A DNA stretch of 64,000 nt, taken from NCBI GenBank assembly GCA_963822945.1, contig CAWGJO010000021.1, forward strand, positions 327,614 through 391,613, read 5' to 3'. Position 1 is the stretch's first letter. Each line of letters starts with the position of its first letter. A program made the translations under genes and the position numbers. Below, in pieces: positions 1-10,153 of this stretch. Below the pieces are notes generated by a model that made no database searches, had not been told where the DNA came from, and was given only the letters and a program-made list of their open reading frames with translations. The stretch comes from an uncultured Gemmatimonadaceae bacterium (GTDB lineage: Bacteria > Gemmatimonadota > Gemmatimonadetes > Gemmatimonadales > Gemmatimonadaceae).

Positions 1-180
1 CGAGGTACCGTCCCCGTTGTCCGTGACGGAGCAGCTCGTGCCCGCCCCCGCCTCACCGGCCGGCCCGGCTTTGCCAGGCGCGCCGTCGTCCGCGGCGCAT
101 GCGCCGACCGCCAGTGCGCCAGCCAATACGACGGCCGCGCTGATGGGCCAGCCCACCATGGATGACTTGACCTTCCACAT
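1..180 (-). CDS. Lipoprotein, 5' part only (runs off window edge); signal peptide, Gly-X-X stretch and SCSVTDNGDGT motif
   Basis: Not in ORF track; manual translation from ATG 180: MWKVKSSMVGWPISAAVVLAGALAVGAC-AADDGAPGKAGPAGEAGAGTSCSVTDNGDGTS; lipobox VGAC; purine-rich GAGAAGG upstream. Confidence 0.75.
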   Translation of the reverse strand, partial: MWKVKSSMVGWPISAAVVLAGALAVGACAADDGAPGKAGPAGEAGAGTSCSVTDNGDGTS

Positions 181-387
181 TTGCCTTCTCCATTCGAGCG
201 CACGCAGCAATCGCGCGCGTGCAAGCACGTGGCTCCGCGCGGTAGCAAGAGTCGGGCCCACCAACACGCGAACCTTTCGCGCGTAATTCGCGCAGTCTTG
301 ACGTCGCGCTACGGAGCGCCGGCAAGCTTTGCTCGCACTTTGAGAAACGTGACGGCGGTCAAGCGGACAGGACCGGGCACGCGAAAA

Positions 388-1654
388 TCATTCGGTATTC
401 GCCGCGGGATCGTTGAGCAGAGAAATCGCGAGGGAAGTCAGCGCCGGAAAATCGTCTTCCAAGCTGGTGGCGTGCTCCGCGATGGCGGGAACCTCGGAGG
501 GGGCCAGACCGCGCCAGAAGACCTGCCAGCCGGGCAGCCGCAGCATGCCGTCGCACACCGTGAGGTACCAGGCAGCGGTGGGATTGCCGGCGCGGGTACG
601 CCAATAGAGCCGGGGAAAGTCCCGCGCCAGCGCTTGCCACAAGTCCCTGCCCACGCCCTCGCCCTGAGCCAGGGGCTCGACGGCGAACTTGGACAGATAC
701 GGAGCGCTGTGTGCCGGCGTGCACGACGGCCGCGCCGCGAAACTCTTGCTCCACGTAGACGGCCAAGGGTTGCTTGTCGAAGAACTGCGTGAGCAGCGGA
801 TGACCGAAGCTCGCTTCCAAGAGCGCACCCAAGCGCCGTCGGTCCAAGTTCTCGTAGCCATCACGACGCTCGATGGCGCTACCGCGCTTCACCAAGGTGC
901 CGGCACCCTTCACCGTGAACAACTCGCGCAGCAGGTCCAGCGGCGTGGTGATGCTGACCACCAACCGACTCGGCTCCGCGTGGGACAGGAGCTCTTCGAC
1001 GTGCGCGAGCAACCGCGCGTCGGACTTACCCAACAAGGAGGCGAGCAGCTCGTGATCCGTACGTAGGTTGACCAACGACAGGCTGCTGCCCTCGATCGGC
1101 ATCAGGTGGCGTTGCGCGACCTCTCGTCGCCGATCGCCGTGGACGTGCAGGCCTCCATGGCGGCGCAACAGCACGAGCTTGCGTGTCGCCAGCTCCGATG
1201 CCAAGCGCCCGACCCAAGCCAGGCGCTGTCGCATCTCCGTGCCTGCGCCGTCGTCGACCACGATCAACGGCGTGGCGCCCCGCTGCAAGCTCTCGCGCAA
1301 GGCGTCCGCCAGGCCGGGGTCGCTGGCAACGTGCCGAGAGCCGGACATCCGGGCGGTGGTCAGGCGTCGCTCCAGCCGCGCCAGGCTGGTCTCGGCCGTA
1401 TCCGGATCGAACAGCCCCACGAGCACCGGAGCGCACAACCCCAGCTCCCCGAGGAATCGGAGTTGCTCGACGAACCCGCCCAGTCCTTGGCGCACGACCG
1501 GCGCACCGGGCGCGATCAATGCGAAGCTCTCTTTGGGCAACCGGCGGAAGAGCTCGAGGTACAGCTCCGCTTCGGAGCGGCGCCCGACGCTCTCCAAGAA
1601 CGTCAGCACTGCGTCCGCGGCCGGAGCAGGCGGGGGCTGAGACGGAATGGCCAC
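388..1654 (-). CDS. Acetylglutamate kinase-like / N-acetylglutamate synthase (DUF619 GNAT) protein; frameshift near 706-713
   Basis: ORF 359..1654 has LLRELFTVKGAGTLV and 'L..LLEASFG' motifs; ORF 388..864 continues with PYLSKFAVEPLAQGEGVGRDLW...LYWRTRAGNP...WY...CDG...VFW, typical of DUF619-type NAGS/K. Confidence 0.8.
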
Positions 1655-1723
1655 GAAGTGACCGTACTATGCCGGTGCGGGGCCCCTCGTCCAAGCGCTG
1701 GCTTCCCGCTACTATCGCACGCC

Positions 1724-3487
1724 ATGCAGGTTGGCCTCGTCACGTCACCGGGGGTCCTCGGCCAGTTCGTCGCCCGAGCAATCGCGCCGGCGGGACACGA
1801 GCTGCACGTGGCCCCGGACCTCGAGGCCCTGATGGCGCAAACCGAGTCCCCACCCGAAGTCGTGCTGTTCGCACCCATTGTCGGGGGCGAGCCCGCGGCG
1901 CGCGCTCTGGCGCGGGCGGAGAAGGCAGGCCTGGCACCGGAGCGCGCGATATTTCTCGGACTGGAAGTCGCGGAATGCGAGGAGGCGCGACGCTCGGGGT
2001 TCTTCCAGTCGATCCAGATGCCGTTTCAAGCGCAGGAGTTGCTGCGCGCCATTGAAAGTTCGGCAGAAGGCAAGCTCACGGTGTTGCTCGCCGACGACAG
2101 CGAGCTGATCCACAAGCACACGGTTCCAATTTTGGAGGCGGCTGGCTACGTGGTGCAGCAAGCGTTCAACGGCAAAGAAGCCCTCGAGGTCATCGAACGG
2201 GAGCATCCGGACCTATTGCTCACGGATGTGGAAATGCCCGAGCTCGACGGATTTTCGCTGTGCCGCACGCTGAAAGAAGACGAGCGCACGGCCAGCATTC
2301 CCGTGGTGATCTGCTCCTCTTTGGGAGAAGCCGCAGATCTGGAAAAGGGCTTCGACGCCGGCGCGGACGACTACCTGGTAAAGCCGGTGGTGCCGGAAGA
2401 GCTCGTCAGCCGCCTGCACTCCTTGCTGGCCACGCGCATGGTGAGCGCGCGGGAGCGCGTGTTGGTCGTGGATGATTCCGCAGCGATCCGTCACCTGGTC
2501 GCCGATTGCCTGCGCCGCCAAGGATTCCGAATCGAAACCGCCGTGGACGGCCAAGACGGGCTGGAAAAGGCGGTCGCGGCACCGCCGGAGCTGGTGCTCA
2601 CGGACTATGACATGCCCCGCATGACCGGCTTCGAGCTGGTCCACGCCTTGCGCCACGACATCAAGACGCGCGACGTGCCGCTCGTCATGCTGACGGCGCG
2701 GGATTCCAAACGAGACCAGGCGCAAATGCGAGCGGCTGGGCTCACCAGCTACCTGGTGAAGCCGTTCACCACGGACAAGTGCATCGCCATCGTGGAGCGC
2801 GTCTTGGCGGAGTCACGCTTGTCCCGCTACAAGGAAGCGTCGCGGCTGTACATCAGCGAAGGGGCGGTTCGGGCGGCGGAAGAGCTGTCCATGAGCGGGG
2901 CGATGGGCGACATCCGCGCCAAGGAAGTCGACGCCACGCTGCTGTTTTCCGACATCTCGGGCTTCACCAGCATGAGCTCGAAGATGACGCCCGCGGAAGT
3001 CGTGGCGATCTTGAACGAGGCGTTCGACGCCTTGTGCATCGTGATCAAGGACCAGGGCGGCGACATCGACAAGTTCATCGGCGACGCCATCATGGCCGTG
3101 TTCGAGGACCGGCCGGATCTCGACGAGCCACACGTGCTGCGCGCCGTGCGCGCTGCTTGGGGCATGCAACGGTCGCTGGACGTCTTCAACGCCCAGCGGG
3201 AAAAGCCGCTGATCATGCGCATCGGTCTCAACTGTGGAAACGTCGTGCGCGGCGATATCGGCTCGCGTTTCGTGCGCCGGGACTACACCTGCATCGGCGA
3301 CGTGGTCAATCGCGCCCAGCGCCACGAGTCCAAGGCGCCCCTCGGAGGCGTGTTGATGAGCGCGTCCGTGTACGACCGCGTGGCCCCGCTGGTCAAGGCG
3401 GAGGAGATGACCGGCTTGATGTTCAAGGGCATCGACGAGCCGCAGAGCGCCTGGGTTCTGCAGGGATTCGTGGATCGCGAGTCCTGA
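1724..3487 (+). CDS. Multi-receiver response regulator with class III adenylate/guanylate cyclase domain
   Basis: One degenerate and two intact REC domains (LADDS..TDVEMP..KP; VDDS..TDYDMP..KP); cyclase motifs FSDISGF, DKFIGDA, DYTCIGDVVNRAQR; ATG 1724 chosen because the upstream ORF part overlaps the opposite gene. Confidence 0.9.
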   Translation: MQVGLVTSPGVLGQFVARAIAPAGHELHVAPDLEALMAQTESPPEVVLFAPIVGGEPAARALARAEKAGLAPERAIFLGLEVAECEEARRSGFFQSIQMPFQAQELLRAIESSAEGKLTVLLADDSELIHKHTVPILEAAGYVVQQAFNGKEALEVIEREHPDLLLTDVEMPELDGFSLCRTLKEDERTASIPVVICSSLGEAADLEKGFDAGADDYLVKPVVPEELVSRLHSLLATRMVSARERVLVVDDSAAIRHLVADCLRRQGFRIETAVDGQDGLEKAVAAPPELVLTDYDMPRMTGFELVHALRHDIKTRDVPLVMLTARDSKRDQAQMRAAGLTSYLVKPFTTDKCIAIVERVLAESRLSRYKEASRLYISEGAVRAAEELSMSGAMGDIRAKEVDATLLFSDISGFTSMSSKMTPAEVVAILNEAFDALCIVIKDQGGDIDKFIGDAIMAVFEDRPDLDEPHVLRAVRAAWGMQRSLDVFNAQREKPLIMRIGLNCGNVVRGDIGSRFVRRDYTCIGDVVNRAQRHESKAPLGGVLMSASVYDRVAPLVKAEEMTGLMFKGIDEPQSAWVLQGFVDRES

Positions 3488-3532
3488 GCGGGATGGAACG
3501 ACCGAAGCAGACGTGCTAGCCGACTGGTCGTC

Positions 3533-4147
3533 ATGAAGAACACGCGAGTATTGGCGCTCGTGGGCAGCGTGGTCAGCCTCGCCGCCGTGGGAGTGCTGTC
3601 CGTCCCCCGCGCCGAGGCGGATCCTGCGGATGCCAGCCGCTACCCGTACGATCCGGTATGTGCCTGGGGCCGCTTGGCGAACGGCAAGGGAATGTTGGTG
3701 CGCTGCATCAGCCGGGAGGAAGCCCAGAGCTTGGCCAAGAACAAGCCCCCCACGCCAACACCGGGCAAGCCGTCCGCCCCGGCCAGCGCCAGCGCTGAGC
3801 CGGACGCTCCCGCGGCGAACGCGGCGGTCTTGGCGTCCATCGCCGGCGTCGCCGCGGATCAAGGACAGCTGCCCTTGGCCGCAAAGAAGCTGAGCGTCGC
3901 GCGCGACAAGTTCGCGGACTGCGTGAAGAACAACGGGGGCCTGTCGCACGACAGCGGCGAGGTCCAGGTCCGCTTCCTGGTACGCGGACGAGGTCGGGCC
4001 GAAGGCGTCTCCGTGCAAAAGCGCGTCGGCGTGTCGTCGTCCGGTGCGCGCTGCGTCGCAAACGTGGTGGATCGTCGCTTCGTCGGCGTGCCGGAATCTC
4101 CACTCGTTGGCGCCACCGTCACGGTGAAATTCCGCACGAAGCCCTGA
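3533..4147 (+). CDS. Secreted hypothetical protein with Pro/Ala linker and TonB-C/AgmX-like C-terminal domain
   Basis: N-terminal signal peptide; PTPTP linker; C-terminal DCVK...GEVQVRFLV...GRAEGVSV...ARCV pattern. Confidence 0.55.
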   Translation: MKNTRVLALVGSVVSLAAVGVLSVPRAEADPADASRYPYDPVCAWGRLANGKGMLVRCISREEAQSLAKNKPPTPTPGKPSAPASASAEPDAPAANAAVLASIAGVAADQGQLPLAAKKLSVARDKFADCVKNNGGLSHDSGEVQVRFLVRGRGRAEGVSVQKRVGVSSSGARCVANVVDRRFVGVPESPLVGATVTVKFRTKP

Positions 4148-4194
4148 ATGCTGCAGCGCTAGCGGAACCGGGCCCGGCGTTCTATGGTCGGCTC

Positions 4195-5244
4195 GTGACC
4201 GTACGCGTCCTCATCGTCGACGACTCCGCGTTCATGCGTGGAGCGATCGCCCGCCTGCTGGGCGGAGATGCTCGCTTCGAGGTCGTGGGACAGGCCAAGG
4301 ATGGCGAGGAAGCCGTCGAGCTCGCGTCGGAGCTGAAGCCGGACGTGATCACGATGGACTTCAACATGCCGGGCATGAACGGCGCCGAAACGACGCGGGC
4401 CATATTGGATGCCCGCGCGACACCCATCGTCATGCTCTCGGCTCACACCCGCGAAGGCGCGACGGCCACGGTCCAAGCGCTGGCCGCGGGTGCGGTCGAC
4501 TTCGTGGAAAAACCGGACGGCGAGGTGAGCGCCAATCTGGCCAAGATCCGCGAGGCGCTGACGACGCGACTCCTCAGCGCCGCGGGCGCAAACGTCCAGA
4601 CCGTCGTGTCAGCCCCGGCACCGGAAGGCGCGACGTCGTCCCGGCGCATGGCGCGCGCGGCCCTACGCCCCATGCCGGCAGGCCTTCGGGTAGTCGTCGT
4701 CGCCGCCTCCACCGGCGGCCCGGCTGCTCTGGTGCGCCTGCTCCGCACGCTCGCCCTGGGCGACAACGCCGCGCTGCTCATCGTGCAACACATGTCTGCC
4801 GGCTTCACCGAGGCGCTGGCGGACCAGCTGTCGGAGTCCGCTGCGTTCCGCGTGCGGGAGGCGAGCGCGGGGCTCGAGCTGACTCCGGGGGTGGCGCTCG
4901 TCGCGCCCGGCGGTTCCCATCTGCTCATCGAGCGCAGTGGGCGCATCGCGCTTTCCGACGCCCCGCCCGTCCACGGCGTAAAACCCGCGGCGGATATCAC
5001 GCTCAAGTCCGCCGCAGCCGCTTTCGGCGCGCGCTCCGTTGGCGTCGTGCTCACGGGAATGGGGCGAGATGGCGCCCTGGGTCTGGCCGCCGTCAAGGCC
5101 GCCGGCGGTCGCACCATCGCCCAAGACCGAGGCACCTCGACGGTGTTCGGTATGCCCAAGGCTGCGGTCGAAATGGGCGTAGTGGACGAGGTGCTCGCGC
5201 TCGACCGCATCGGTCGCGCGGTGAGCGATCTCGTGGCGAGCTGA
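4195..5244 (+). CDS. cheB: Chemotaxis response regulator protein-glutamate methylesterase
   Basis: REC (IVDDSAFMR, TMDFNMP) plus methylesterase motifs ASTGGP, VQHM, LTGMGRDG, FGMP. Confidence 0.93.
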   Translation: MTVRVLIVDDSAFMRGAIARLLGGDARFEVVGQAKDGEEAVELASELKPDVITMDFNMPGMNGAETTRAILDARATPIVMLSAHTREGATATVQALAAGAVDFVEKPDGEVSANLAKIREALTTRLLSAAGANVQTVVSAPAPEGATSSRRMARAALRPMPAGLRVVVVAASTGGPAALVRLLRTLALGDNAALLIVQHMSAGFTEALADQLSESAAFRVREASAGLELTPGVALVAPGGSHLLIERSGRIALSDAPPVHGVKPAADITLKSAAAAFGARSVGVVLTGMGRDGALGLAAVKAAGGRTIAQDRGTSTVFGMPKAAVEMGVVDEVLALDRIGRAVSDLVAS

Positions 5245-5247
5245 ACC

Positions 5248-7104
5248 GTGCCCGAGCCGACGCAAAACCCCGTGGCCGAGCAGTACACTGCCCGAGACCG
5301 GCGCTTCAGTGCCGAAGCCGAATCTCTGGGCAAGCGCTCCCGCTTGATCTCCAACCTGAGGGGCGTGTCCTTCGGGGTTCTGGTGATCGCCGGTCTGTTC
5401 GCTATGTTCGGAAGCACGCGTGTGGTGCCCGGCGTGCTGTCGCTAGTCGGCGGCGTGGCGTTCTTGGTGCTCGTCATCGTCCACGCGCGCGTGATCGAGC
5501 GGGAGGACGAGAAGCGACGTTACGCTCGAGTGAATCGCGACGCCCTGGCCCGCTGCACGGGGCGCTTTCGCGAGCTGCCCGAGAATGGCGCCCGCTTCGC
5601 CGACGCGGCGCATCCCTATGCGGATGACCTGGACGTGTTCGGCCCAGGCTCGCTGTTTCAGCGGGTCTGCGTGGCTCACACACGCTTCGGCCAGGCTGCT
5701 CTCGCTCGCCACTTCGCCGAGCCGGCAACCTTGAAGGACGTACAGGAGCGGCAAGAAGCGGTGCGCGCCCTCGCTCCGGAGCTCGAGACTCGGCAGCGCT
5801 TTGAAGCTCACGCCTTGGCGGCGGTAGACGCTCCGGTCTCCGAGAACAAGCGAGCGCTCCGAGCTGCGCCGGACCCGGAGCCCCTGTTGGCCTGGGCCGA
5901 GGGGGAGCCCGGGCTTTCCGCGAGCCCGGCCGTGGTGTGGGCGGCCCGGCTCTTGCCCCCGATTACCCTCGCCGGCTTCGTCGCCTCCCTGGGCTTCGGG
6001 CTGCCCTCGTTGTGCTGGGCAATCCCGCTGACCCTCCAGATCTTGGTGAACCTGCGCACGCGGGCCGAGACTTGGCGGGTCTTCTCCGCCGTGTCGTCCA
6101 CGGAGGGTGCCTTCCTGCGCTACGGAGCGATGCTCGAGATCCTGGAGAACCTGCAGCTGCCGTCCAAGCTGCTGGGCGACATGCGGGAGCGCGTGAGCGC
6201 CGGAGGCCACAAGCCCAGTGAGTCGATGAACGAGTTTCGCCGAGGCGTCGGCTGGTTCGATTTGAGACACAACGGCTTGGTCCACCCCTTCGCCAACGCG
6301 CTGCTGCTCTGGGACGTGCACTGCTCGCTCAAATTGGAAGCGTGGCGGCGCCGCTCCGGGCGCAACGTACGAAGCTGGTTCTCGTGCCTGGGTGAGCTGG
6401 AGGCGCTTTCCAGCCTGGCGGGTCTGGCCCACGACGAGCCTCAGTTCGCGTTCCCCGAGGTCGTGGAAGACCAGGCCATCTTCGAGGCAACGGAGCTCGG
6501 CCACCCCCTGATCGACTCCAGCCATCGGGTCCCCAACGACGTCTCCCTGCCCCACGCCGGCACCGCCATGTTGGTCACCGGCTCCAACATGTCCGGCAAG
6601 AGCACGCTGCTTCGAGCCATGGGGCTCGCCGCCGTGATGGCCATGGCCGGCGCGCCCGTGTGCGCAAAACGCCTACGTGTCTCGCGCTTCGCTGTCCGCA
6701 CCAGCATTCGCGTCAGCGACTCGCTGGAGCGCGGCGTCAGCCACTTCTACGCCGAGCTGCGCAAGCTCAAGGCGGTGATGGACGCCACTGCTGGGGACCT
6801 ACCGGTGTTCTTCCTGTTGGACGAAATTCTGCACGGTACCAACTCGCGAGAACGCCAGATCGGTGCTCGCTGGGTGCTCGGGGAGCTCCTGGAGCAGGGC
6901 GCCACCGGAGCCGTCTCCACCCACGACATGGAGCTCTGCCGCCTCCCCGAAGCGCTGATGGAGCGCGTGCGCCAAGTCCACTTCCGCGAGAGCGTGGAAA
7001 ACGACAAGATGACGTTCGACTACCGGCTCCGACCCGGCTCCGTCAGCGAAGGCAACGCCCTGAGACTGATGCGAATCGTAGGACTTTCCGTGCCGCTGGA
7101 GTGA
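5248..7104 (+). CDS. Membrane-anchored MutS-family (domain V ATPase) protein
   Basis: TM segments, then GHPL, Walker A VTGSNMSGKST, SHFYAE, Walker B FLLDEILHGTNS, STHD. Confidence 0.88.
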   Translation: MPEPTQNPVAEQYTARDRRFSAEAESLGKRSRLISNLRGVSFGVLVIAGLFAMFGSTRVVPGVLSLVGGVAFLVLVIVHARVIEREDEKRRYARVNRDALARCTGRFRELPENGARFADAAHPYADDLDVFGPGSLFQRVCVAHTRFGQAALARHFAEPATLKDVQERQEAVRALAPELETRQRFEAHALAAVDAPVSENKRALRAAPDPEPLLAWAEGEPGLSASPAVVWAARLLPPITLAGFVASLGFGLPSLCWAIPLTLQILVNLRTRAETWRVFSAVSSTEGAFLRYGAMLEILENLQLPSKLLGDMRERVSAGGHKPSESMNEFRRGVGWFDLRHNGLVHPFANALLLWDVHCSLKLEAWRRRSGRNVRSWFSCLGELEALSSLAGLAHDEPQFAFPEVVEDQAIFEATELGHPLIDSSHRVPNDVSLPHAGTAMLVTGSNMSGKSTLLRAMGLAAVMAMAGAPVCAKRLRVSRFAVRTSIRVSDSLERGVSHFYAELRKLKAVMDATAGDLPVFFLLDEILHGTNSRERQIGARWVLGELLEQGATGAVSTHDMELCRLPEALMERVRQVHFRESVENDKMTFDYRLRPGSVSEGNALRLMRIVGLSVPLE

Positions 7105-7107
7105 AGC

Positions 7108-7629
7108 TCAGTCGGGCACGGGCAGGTCGAAGCGAACGACCACCCGATCCCGGAGCTTGATGGCGCCCAGGAGTGCCTTGAATGGCTTGATGCCCCAGCG
7201 GGATGGCACGAGCTCGACCTCGCCCTGGAGGCGCCCGTCTCGGGCTCGAGCCTCGAAAGCGACGGGATGCACCTGACCCACCATCCGGAGCGCGCCCTCC
7301 AGGTGATGCCCGGTCTCCCGCTCGCGCCCCTCACCCTCGAACGTCACTTCCGGATGCTCGTCCACTCGAAGGATCTTGCTGCGAATGTTGCCGGTGATCT
7401 CGCTCTTGTCGCGTTCGCCCAGAGTTCCTGGCTGGAGCTGCCCGTCCCGCATCGCGTCGACCACCACCAGACTGGCTGGGTAAAACCGGGCCGAAACGTG
7501 CTGACCGTCCGTTTCGACGTCGAAGCGCTCGACTCGAAGCAGCAGATCGTGGGCTACTTTCGACAGCAGCCCCTCCTTGAAGGTGAGTACTTCGACGACT
7601 CCACCCGACAGTGGTGCTAGGTCAGCCAC
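7108..7629 (-). CDS. YceI-like lipid-binding protein
   Basis: TFKEGLLSKVAHDL, HPEVTF, WGIKPF..LLGAIKL pattern; GTG start at 7629 assumed. Confidence 0.7.
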   Translation of the reverse strand: MADLAPLSGGVVEVLTFKEGLLSKVAHDLLLRVERFDVETDGQHVSARFYPASLVVVDAMRDGQLQPGTLGERDKSEITGNIRSKILRVDEHPEVTFEGEGRERETGHHLEGALRMVGQVHPVAFEARARDGRLQGEVELVPSRWGIKPFKALLGAIKLRDRVVVRFDLPVPD

Positions 7630-7861
7630 GCGCGGACCCTGACGCGAACGCACCGAGGGGTCCAGTCCGGCCCCTGGGCCCGCTAGCCGGGAGCGCCAGG
7701 TTGTGGCAATCCATGGGAAATGCCCAAGCTTGACGACAAAAAGTCCTGGGCGTTAGCCTCCCACGCGGGCGCTTGCGTGGCGAGGTGCGACGCGGAGGGG
7801 CCCCGGAAACCGATCGCAAGCTCATGGTTCTAGGCGTACGGCGTCAAGAGGCAATCCCTCC

Positions 7862-8761
7862 GTGAGCGAGTTCGACGAAAAGACACGAGTCACACAAGTC
7901 GTTCAGCGCCCGCCATCCGACGATGGGGATACGGGCAACGACTGCCTAGTAGTGATCTACACGAAGGAGCCCGGGCTGCTCGGAAAGCGCTTCGTGTTGG
8001 ACAAGAACCCGATGGGTATCGGTCGCGGTGCGGACAACGCCATCGTGCTCGAAGGCGACTCTGTTTCGCGCCGGCATTGTCACATCGAGCGGCGGGGGAA
8101 CCGTTGGTACGCCGTGGACGACGGTTCCACCAACGGCACGTACCTGAATGAAGAGCAGATTGCGCGGGAGGCGCTGCTCAACAACGGCGACCGCATCAAA
8201 GTCGGTCCCAGCATCTTGAAGTTTTTGACCGGCGCGGACGCGGAAGCCAAGTACCACGAAGAAATCTATCGGATGACGATCGTGGACGGCCTCACGCAGA
8301 TCCACAACAAACGCTACTTGTACGAAGCGCTGGAGCGCGAGGTGATTCGCGCGCGTCGCCACGAACGTCCAGTCAGCCTGATCATCTTCGACATCGACTT
8401 CTTCAAGCGGATCAACGACCAGTACGGGCACCTGGCGGGCGACTACGTATTGCGCGAGCTGGCACGGGTGGTCCAAGGTCGAATCAGGCGCGACGAAATC
8501 TTCGCCCGCTACGGCGGCGAGGAATTCGTCATCGTGCTGCCGGAAACGCCGCTGGAGGGAGCCACCTCGCTGGCAGAAAATCTGCGGGCCCGGGTGGCCG
8601 AGCACAGCTTCGTGTTCCAGGGGGAGCGCATTCCGACGGCCATCAGCATCGGCTGCGCCCTGCTGACGGAAAGCGACAAAACGGCCACGGATCTGATTCA
8701 GCGGGCCGACGAGAAGCTGTACGAGGCGAAACGCGGCGGCCGGAATCGCGTGTGCTACTGA
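7862..8761 (+). CDS. FHA-domain diguanylate cyclase
   Basis: FHA (IGR, VSRRH, GSTNGT) plus GGDEF domain (DGLT, DIDFFKRIND.YGH, RYGGEEF). Confidence 0.93.
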   Translation: MSEFDEKTRVTQVVQRPPSDDGDTGNDCLVVIYTKEPGLLGKRFVLDKNPMGIGRGADNAIVLEGDSVSRRHCHIERRGNRWYAVDDGSTNGTYLNEEQIAREALLNNGDRIKVGPSILKFLTGADAEAKYHEEIYRMTIVDGLTQIHNKRYLYEALEREVIRARRHERPVSLIIFDIDFFKRINDQYGHLAGDYVLRELARVVQGRIRRDEIFARYGGEEFVIVLPETPLEGATSLAENLRARVAEHSFVFQGERIPTAISIGCALLTESDKTATDLIQRADEKLYEAKRGGRNRVCY

Positions 8762-8776
8762 GCCCGGCCGGCTGGC

Positions 8777-10153
8777 GTGCTAAATGCGCGCCCCGTGAGC
8801 TTCAGTGAGCTACCCCCGCCGCCGGAGGAACATCCGGGTCAGGACGACCCCGCCCTCCGAACGCGTCCCCCGGGTCCCGCTTCCAGGACCTGGCTGACCC
8901 GCTTGGCGCGCACGGCGGCCCCCATGGGTCCCGCTGCCGAGCGAGGGCCCAAGGGCGGCATCCAAGCGGACGTGCCCCCGTGGACCATCGTCTACGCGAC
9001 GGCCAAGGGCAGCAACGTCCTGGACGTGGACGGCAATCGCTACGTCGACTTGGTGGCCGGCTTCGGCTCGCTGCTCCTGGGGCACGGGCACCCCCGCGTG
9101 CTTCGCGCCCTGGAACTGCAATCGTCGCGCCTCTTGGTGGCGCTCGGCGACGTGTACCCGGCCGACGCGCGCATCGCGCTGTCGGAGCGATTGGCGGCGC
9201 TTCACGTCGACCCGAACGCCAAAGTGATTCTCGGCCAGTCCGGCGCGGACGCCGTGACGGCTGCCCTCAAGACCGCCCAGCTCGCGACCGGCCGCCCGGG
9301 GGTGATCGCCTTCACCGGCGCCTATCATGGCCTCTCCTATGCGCCGCTCGCCGCTTGCGGCTTTCGCGAGAGCTATCGCGAGCCGTTCGCCGCGCAGCTC
9401 AATCCCCACGTCCATTTCGCGGACTTCCCCCACTCAGCGGAAACGCTGGATGCCACGCTGGAGCGGGTTCGCTCGCATCTGGCCCGGGCCGACGTGGGCG
9501 CCGTGCTGCTCGAGCCGATCCTGGGGCGTGGCGGCTGCGTGCTGCCCCCGGAGGGCTTCGCCGCGGAGCTGGGCCGCCTATGCCAGGAAGCCGGCGCGCT
9601 GTTGATTTCGGACGAGATCTGGACCGGGCTGGGTCGCAGCGGGAAGCTGCTGGCCGCGGGGCGGGACGGCCAGTTCCCGGACATCGTGTGCCTGGGCAAG
9701 GGCCTTGGCGGCGGACTGCCCATCAGCGCCTGCATCGGGCGCGGGGACGTCATGGCCGCTTGGCGCCAAGAGGGTGAAGTGGTGCACACGTCGACCTTCG
9801 CGGGCGCACCGCTGCCCTGCGCCACGGCGCTGGCCACCCTCGACGTGCTGTCCAAAGAGCGCTTGCCGGCTCGAGCATCGGAGCTCGGCGCACGCTGGCT
9901 CGGCGCACTCGAAGAGCGGCTGGCCTCGGCCGGCATCGAGGCCCGCGGAAGTGGTTTCATGATCGGCATCGACTTGAAGCGTCCCGGCGCCGCAGGCCGC
10001 TTGATGCACCGTTTGCTTCAGCGCGGCTACCTCACGAGCACCGGGGGCACGCAGCGCAGCATCCTGGTACTGACGCCGCCGCTCAACATCGCCGAAAATC
10101 TTCTGGAGGGGTTCACCGAAGCGCTATGTGATGCGCTGGAGACACCCACATGA
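8777..10153 (+). CDS. Class III PLP-dependent aminotransferase
   Basis: DVDGNRYVD, SGADA, AYHG, EPILG, SDEIWTGLGRSG, GKGLGGG, HTSTF motifs. Confidence 0.9.
   Translation: MLNARPVSFSELPPPPEEHPGQDDPALRTRPPGPASRTWLTRLARTAAPMGPAAERGPKGGIQADVPPWTIVYATAKGSNVLDVDGNRYVDLVAGFGSLLLGHGHPRVLRALELQSSRLLVALGDVYPADARIALSERLAALHVDPNAKVILGQSGADAVTAALKTAQLATGRPGVIAFTGAYHGLSYAPLAACGFRESYREPFAAQLNPHVHFADFPHSAETLDATLERVRSHLARADVGAVLLEPILGRGGCVLPPEGFAAELGRLCQEAGALLISDEIWTGLGRSGKLLAAGRDGQFPDIVCLGKGLGGGLPISACIGRGDVMAAWRQEGEVVHTSTFAGAPLPCATALATLDVLSKERLPARASELGARWLGALEERLASAGIEARGSGFMIGIDLKRPGAAGRLMHRLLQRGYLTSTGGTQRSILVLTPPLNIAENLLEGFTEALCDALETPT

Noticed and set aside
1106..1723. N-terminal extension of the 793-aa cyclase ORF
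   Set aside because: Overlaps the opposite-strand NAGS/K gene; low-complexity shadow translation
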